Shown here one piece after another: positions 59,094 through 64,000 of a stretch of DNA of 64,000 nt. Source of the DNA: an uncultured Clostridia bacterium (GTDB taxonomy: Bacteria > Bacillota > Clostridia > Christensenellales > UBA3700). The stretch spans positions 6,353-70,352 of the forward strand of contig CAMQSU010000005.1 in the NCBI GenBank assembly GCA_947037025.1, in the 5' to 3' direction. Each line of letters opens with the position of its first letter. Within the stretch, counting starts at the first letter, position 1. Made by a program: the position numbers and the translations under genes. Below the pieces are notes generated by a model that saw only the letters and a program-made list of their open reading frames with translations, ran no database searches and had not been told where the DNA came from.

Positions 59094-61306
59094 TGAAAAT
59101 AACAGGATCAGTAGAAAAAATAATATACAGGAATGCCGAAAACGGATATTCTGTCATACTAGTCAGTGACTCTAATATTAGTGTCACTGCTGTTGGCGTT
59201 ATGCCGCAAATTACGGAAGGCGAAACGTTAGAGCTAGAGGGCGAGTACAGCACAAATAAGAAATTTGGAGAGCAGTTCACCGTTGAAAAAGCGGTGGTAT
59301 GCCTACCTACTGGACTAGATAGCATCGCTAAGTATTTATCTAGCGGCTTGTTTCGCGGAGTCGGCATAGTTACAGCTGATAGCATTGTAGATCAGTTTGA
59401 GGAAAAGACATTTGAAATCATAGAGAAAAAGCCAATGGAACTTAAAAAAGTAAGAGGTCTTAGTGCAAAAAAAGCAATGGAAATCCATGAAACTTTTATT
59501 AGTCTAAAGGATATGCAAAATGCAATTTTAGGGCTGCAAAACTTAGAAATATCGCTCAATTTAGCACTGAAAATATACAAGGTATACGGCAGAGCAACGC
59601 TAGATACAATCAATACTAATCCATACAGACTTATAGAGGATATTGACGGTATAGGCTTTACGACAGCAGATAAAATAGCGGGCGGATTAGGTATCGCAAA
59701 GGACTCAGAGTTTAGAGTTCGAGCAGGTATTATTCATATATTAAAGCATGTTGCGGGCAGTAAAGGACATATATATTTGCCTAAGGATATGCTGCTAGCA
59801 TATGCTAATGACTTGCTTTGCATTGACTATAATACTGCAATGGAGCTGTGCGAATTGGCGTTAGATACTCTTGATATTACAGGGATAATTTCAATAGTAG
59901 AAAGAGATATTGACACGGCAGTAATGTTTTCAGCATTATATTTAACTGAGAGAAACATAGCAACAAAACTAGTCAATTTATCGCTAAATTGTTCAGAGCT
60001 ACATGTAGATATAGATAGCGACATTAAAGAGTATGAGAGATTAAATAATATTACAATGCATGAAGGACAAAAAAATGCTGTCAAGAATGCTGTTGATAAC
60101 GGCGTAAATATAATAACTGGCGGGCCGGGTACGGGCAAAACAACTATAATAAAATGTATATTATCTATCTTCAAAAACAGAAATTTATCAGTAAGTTTAT
60201 GTGCACCAACAGGGCGTGCTTCTAAGCGATTATCAGAGTCAACTGGCGAGGAAGCGAAGACAATTCATAGGCTGCTTGATTTAGATTTTAAGAGCGGAAA
60301 AGGCAAGTTTACATTTAATAGTGATAGCAAAATAGAAAGTGATGTTATCATTGTTGATGAGGTGAGTATGTGCGATGAGTATGTATTTAACGCATTGCTA
60401 TCTGCAACAAGGCGAGGCAGTAGGTTAATTTTAGTAGGAGATAAAGATCAGTTGCAGTCAGTCGGAGCGGGCAATGTTTTAGGAGATATAATCGACTTTG
60501 GCGACATTGCAATTAGTCAATTGACATACATTTACAGGCAGGAGCAGGAGAGTTTAATCATTGCAAATGCACACAGAATAAACAACGGCGAAATGCCAAT
60601 TATAAGAAACAAGGAGAGTGATTTCCTATTCAGCGAAGTTGATGGTCAGACGGAAGTATTAAAGACGGTTGTTGATATGGTATCTAAAAGAATCCCTGCA
60701 TACTTAAACATAGCTCCTCATGATGTACAAGTTTTATGCCCTATGAAAAAGCAAATCAGCGGTGTAAATAACATGAACAAGGAGCTGCAAAGTGCAGTCA
60801 ATCCAGAGAGTAAAAACAAGCCAGAGATGAAGCACCATGATATAATTTTTCGTCAAGGCGACAAAATTATTCATGTGGAAAACAACTATGATTTAGCTTG
60901 GATGAGAGGTAGCGAAGTAGGTCAAGGAGTGTATAACGGAGATATTGGATTTATCAAGCAAGTAGATAATATTGATAATACAATTGTTGTAGAGTTTGAA
61001 GACGGGAGAGTTGCAACATACACAAGGGAAAACTTTGATCAAATTAAGCTTGCGTATGCAATAACAGTGCACAAATCGCAAGGATGTGAGTTTGATGTTG
61101 TGGTAATAGTACTTATGGGCGGAATGCCTACATTACTAACCCGCAACTTGCTGTATACTGCGGTAACACGTGCTAAAAGCATGAGCGTAATTGTAGGCAG
61201 TGGCGGACATATGCAGTATATGGTTAATAATAATTATACTGCTAAAAGATACACTCTACTAACAGAAATGTTGAGAGAGGAAATGTCAAGACAGTGCAGT
61301 GATTAA
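59093..61306 (+). CDS. recD2: SF1B ATP-dependent DNA helicase RecD2
   Basis: The 737-aa product has the N-terminal G.VEKIIYRNAENGYSV pattern, HhH-like region, Walker A GGPGTGKTT, IVDEVSM, and C-terminal AITVHKSQG. The ATG overlaps the metK stop (TAATG). Confidence 0.9.
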   Translation: MKITGSVEKIIYRNAENGYSVILVSDSNISVTAVGVMPQITEGETLELEGEYSTNKKFGEQFTVEKAVVCLPTGLDSIAKYLSSGLFRGVGIVTADSIVDQFEEKTFEIIEKKPMELKKVRGLSAKKAMEIHETFISLKDMQNAILGLQNLEISLNLALKIYKVYGRATLDTINTNPYRLIEDIDGIGFTTADKIAGGLGIAKDSEFRVRAGIIHILKHVAGSKGHIYLPKDMLLAYANDLLCIDYNTAMELCELALDTLDITGIISIVERDIDTAVMFSALYLTERNIATKLVNLSLNCSELHVDIDSDIKEYERLNNITMHEGQKNAVKNAVDNGVNIITGGPGTGKTTIIKCILSIFKNRNLSVSLCAPTGRASKRLSESTGEEAKTIHRLLDLDFKSGKGKFTFNSDSKIESDVIIVDEVSMCDEYVFNALLSATRRGSRLILVGDKDQLQSVGAGNVLGDIIDFGDIAISQLTYIYRQEQESLIIANAHRINNGEMPIIRNKESDFLFSEVDGQTEVLKTVVDMVSKRIPAYLNIAPHDVQVLCPMKKQISGVNNMNKELQSAVNPESKNKPEMKHHDIIFRQGDKIIHVENNYDLAWMRGSEVGQGVYNGDIGFIKQVDNIDNTIVVEFEDGRVATYTRENFDQIKLAYAITVHKSQGCEFDVVVIVLMGGMPTLLTRNLLYTAVTRAKSMSVIVGSGGHMQYMVNNNYTAKRYTLLTEMLREEMSRQCSD

Positions 61307-61347
61307 TTAAAAAAACAATAAAAAACATGCAAATATTAGGAGATTTT

Positions 61348-62868
61348 GTGGCAGATAAAAACACATGCAAAAACAAGGAAAATAAAGCAGATATTAATAG
61401 TGGTATTATCAATGATAATGCTGCTAATTTGCCGCCTGAAAATGATTGTTTTCAATGCAGCAATATGACGCTTAAAACTGATCAACATGTGCCGCAAAAT
61501 ACTGAGCTAAATAATATGCAAAATGCAACCGAAAAAGGTAATGAAATTATCTCTGATAAAGTGATAAAAATTGCTGATAAAACTAATGAGAATAACGCAA
61601 ATAATACAGCTGCAAAAGCTGCTAAAAAACGCACGGAAAAAGTGCGAAAAATATCAAGTCGCAAAATGAGCAGACCGATTGATGTATTTATGAGCAAGTC
61701 ATATCTTGCATACCTAAATCAAGTTGCGGATGGAGAAAATATTAATAGCGAAGCTAGCATTAGGCATAGCAAGATTACGAAGGTTGAGGAGCTTCTGTCA
61801 AGCATGACAGAGGCGGAAGCAATAGCGCTTATTGAGAAATGTGAAAAGGAGAATATCCCTAAGCAAAAACTGAATATACGCATATCAGAGTATTTCAAAA
61901 ATAGCTTTATTAGTGATGTTAAACGTGGGTGCAAAAGTTTTGTTCAAGGGATATTTCCCGATGATTGCAATTGCATAATTTGCAACAAGGAAATCCCACG
62001 AGCAAGCAAGTATGGACTATGTAAAACGCATATGGAGCTAATGCCATTTAATGACCGCAAAATATGTTTGACATGCGGAATGCCTATGGAGAACGAAGCG
62101 AAATATTGCCTGAATTGTATGCACAATCATAGGAGCTTTGATATAGCAAGAAGCAGTACAGTGTATACGGGATATCCTGCAAAACTAGTCGCGCTGTTAA
62201 AGTTTCATAACTGCAAATGGCTAGCAAAATATTTTGCAGAAATTATGGCTGATACATATATTCTTAATGCGTACGATGCGGATATAATTGTGCCCGCACC
62301 ACTGTCAAAAGAGCGACAAAAAGAGCGTGGATATAACCAATCATTAGCAATTGCTAAATGCTTATCTAACAGATTGAATTTACCAATAGCAGCAAATACA
62401 GTTATTAAGCATAAGCATGTCGAGCAGCAAAGTAAGCTTACTGGACGGGAGCGTCATGATAATGTAAAAGGTGCATACAGCCTGCTGGATAAGTTGCCAG
62501 TAAAAGGCAAGAAAGTTGTAATAGTAGATGATATATTAACAACTGGCAGTACTGCAAATGAGATTGCAAGGCAGCTTAAAATTGCAGGTGCAACAGATGT
62601 ATATGTCATTGTATTTGCAACGCCGAAATTCAATGTACCGGTAGAGCAGCTAAGCAATTACGAAATTATTGACACTGCTAATTTAGGCGACTATGATATA
62701 TCGGTAGAGCATTTAACCTTTGTGAAAACGCACAATGATATCAATCAAGACAAGTCGAGCGAACGTGATGACAGTGGATGCGATAACATTAAAACTGATG
62801 TGGAAACTGCAACAAAAAGCAAATTTAACAAGTGGACAAAACGCAAAAAAGGTGATAGCAGTAGCTGA
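61348..62868 (+). CDS. comFC: ComF family protein (ComFC-type zinc ribbon plus phosphoribosyltransferase domain) with long N- and C-terminal extensions
   Basis: The core spans roughly residues 210-430 of the track ORF: C..C...C..C double zinc ribbon, PAPLSKERQKERGYNQS, and the PRT motif VVIVDDILTTGST. I prefer the GTG at 61348 behind AGGAG; the alternative ATG is at 61327. Confidence 0.8.
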   Translation: MADKNTCKNKENKADINSGIINDNAANLPPENDCFQCSNMTLKTDQHVPQNTELNNMQNATEKGNEIISDKVIKIADKTNENNANNTAAKAAKKRTEKVRKISSRKMSRPIDVFMSKSYLAYLNQVADGENINSEASIRHSKITKVEELLSSMTEAEAIALIEKCEKENIPKQKLNIRISEYFKNSFISDVKRGCKSFVQGIFPDDCNCIICNKEIPRASKYGLCKTHMELMPFNDRKICLTCGMPMENEAKYCLNCMHNHRSFDIARSSTVYTGYPAKLVALLKFHNCKWLAKYFAEIMADTYILNAYDADIIVPAPLSKERQKERGYNQSLAIAKCLSNRLNLPIAANTVIKHKHVEQQSKLTGRERHDNVKGAYSLLDKLPVKGKKVVIVDDILTTGSTANEIARQLKIAGATDVYVIVFATPKFNVPVEQLSNYEIIDTANLGDYDISVEHLTFVKTHNDINQDKSSERDDSGCDNIKTDVETATKSKFNKWTKRKKGDSSS

Positions 62869-62932
62869 CATAGCTGCTATGATAAATTTTCGACAATATA
62901 ATTGCATTAATCAGTTATCTTGTTTTTAGTTT

Positions 62933-62962
62933 ATTGACACAAACAGCTAATTAGTGTATAAT
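62933..62962 (+). promoter_or_regulatory. sigma-A type promoter of secA
   Basis: TTGACA (62933-62938), 18-nt spacer ending in TAGTG, TATAAT (62957-62962). Confidence 0.55.
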
Positions 62963-62998
62963 GTTAAATGTATAAATATTTATATTAGGAGAACTATT

Positions 62999-64000
62999 AT
63001 GGGATTATTTTCTAAACTACTTACTAGCGCTAACGAAAAAGAGATTAAGAAGCTAAATAAGCATGCGGATAATGTTGAGTTATTATCTGATGAGTATAAG
63101 GCATTAACTGACGAGCAATTAAAGGCGAAAACTATCGAGCTAAAGGCGAGATATGCTGATGGTGAAACATTAGACGAATTGCTATACGAGGCGTTTGCAA
63201 CAGTAAGAGAGGCAGGCGACCGAGTGCTTGGCATGCGACATTTCCACGTCCAGTTACTTGGCGGAATTTGCTTGCATCAAGGCAGAATTGCACAGATGAG
63301 CACAGGTGAGGGAAAGACGCTAGTTGCGACTTTGCCAGCATACCTAAATGCACTAACTGGCAACGGAATGCACGTGGTTACAGTTAATGATTACCTAGCA
63401 AAGCGTGATGCTGAGTGGATGGGTAAAATTTATAAATTTTTAGGCATGACTGTCGGAGTTATTTCTCACGGAATGAGTACGGAAGAGAAGCAAGCTGCAT
63501 ACAACTCAGATATTATTTATGCTACAAACAATGAGTTGGGATTTGATTATTTGCGTGATAACATGGTAATAGACAAAAGTCAAAAGTTGCAAAGGACTCT
63601 AAGTTTTGCGATTATTGATGAGGTAGATAGTATACTTATTGATGAGGCAAGAACGCCACTTATTATCAGCGGAGCGGGTGCTAAATCTAGTGAAGTTTAT
63701 CAGTCAGCAAATGGCTTTTCAAAAAGACTAACTGATGAAGATTTCATAATAGAAGAAAAAGAAAAAACTGTCAGATTGTCAGAGAATGGTGTAGATAAAG
63801 CGGAGAAGTATTTCAACATAGATAACTATGCAGATATAGAAAATCAGGACTTAGCGCATTTTATAAACAATGCATTAAGGGCAAACTGGATTATGAAAAA
63901 GGATGTTGATTATGTAGTTAACGATGGCGAGATAGTTATCGTTGATGAGTCTACTGGTAGGCTTATGGCAGGCAGACGATACAGCGAAGGATTGCACCAA
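62999..64000 (+). CDS. secA: preprotein translocase ATPase SecA, N-terminal 334 codons (continues past the window end)
   Basis: This ORF is not in the supplied track. I translated it by hand from the ATG at 62999 (AGGAG RBS at 62986-62990): [19 protein letters not shown]...[53 protein letters not shown]...[23 protein letters not shown]. The frame stays open to position 64000. Confidence 0.95.
   Translation, partial: MGLFSKLLTSANEKEIKKLNKHADNVELLSDEYKALTDEQLKAKTIELKARYADGETLDELLYEAFATVREAGDRVLGMRHFHVQLLGGICLHQGRIAQMSTGEGKTLVATLPAYLNALTGNGMHVVTVNDYLAKRDAEWMGKIYKFLGMTVGVISHGMSTEEKQAAYNSDIIYATNNELGFDYLRDNMVIDKSQKLQRTLSFAIIDEVDSILIDEARTPLIISGAGAKSSEVYQSANGFSKRLTDEDFIIEEKEKTVRLSENGVDKAEKYFNIDNYADIENQDLAHFINNALRANWIMKKDVDYVVNDGEIVIVDESTGRLMAGRRYSEGLHQ

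Noticed and set aside
1-64000. A search for CRISPR arrays, tRNA/rRNA genes, IS elements, prophage genes, toxin-antitoxin pairs or defence-system gene clusters.
   Set aside because: I recognised none. Intergenic regions are short or AT-rich without regularly spaced repeats, and all larger ORFs have housekeeping-type assignments or are single low-complexity genes.

Overview
This window is 64 kb of AT-rich chromosomal core from a Firmicutes (Clostridia-like) bacterium. All calls come from reading the supplied translations and the DNA by eye; no searches were run.

I support about 45 protein genes. All are on the + strand except a GT4 glycosyltransferase (1131-2264) and a NodB-type deacetylase (30898-31602).

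Gene order:
- partial ORF, GT4 (-), nagB, YjdF-like membrane protein, MATE pump, DUF1835-like protein
- spo0A, zinc-ribbon/polyacidic protein, veg, SipL/SpoVID-like SPOCS-LysM protein
- two tandem BspA-type LRR lipoproteins, ispE
- SCIFF peptide plus its radical-SAM maturase (scfA/scfB), secD, secF, recJ, relA
- MBL hydrolase, hemZ-like radical SAM protein, rpsO, pnp, deacetylase (-)
- M16 peptidase, dimeric dUTPase, ftsK/spoIIIE, rimO, pgsA, cinA-like, recA, rny
- 677-bp non-coding gap
- rarA, ABC ATPase plus permease, ruvX, DUF1292 protein, N/Q-rich membrane protein
- rpoB, rpoC, SAM-I riboswitch, metK, recD2, comFC, secA

secA starts at 62999, runs off the right edge, and is absent from the supplied ORF track.

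I recognised no rRNA, tRNA, CRISPR array, transposase, integrase or prophage gene, and I see no convincing new multi-gene system. The only dedicated small system is the already-described SCIFF ranthipeptide pair.

The observations most worth a second look:
1. Spo0A carries Glu instead of the phospho-acceptor Asp, and its acidic pocket is degenerate.
2. A dense cluster of DnaA-box-like sites, including two 9-3-9 palindromes, lies upstream of rarA. Gene orientation argues it is not oriC.
3. Two genes (ispE, rarA) have an ATG exactly 7 nt after a consensus -10 and no Shine-Dalgarno sequence, which suggests leaderless mRNAs.
4. The LRR-lipoprotein pair is bracketed by a near-identical 46-bp terminator repeat. 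One of the genes contains a near-perfect 69-bp tandem duplication.
5. RpoB and RpoC have acidic C-terminal tails with a recurring (D/E)(I/L)F(G/S) motif.
6. The DUF1292 protein ends in a tail with 8 Cys in 41 residues.
7. metK, recD2 and comFC are packed behind one SAM riboswitch.
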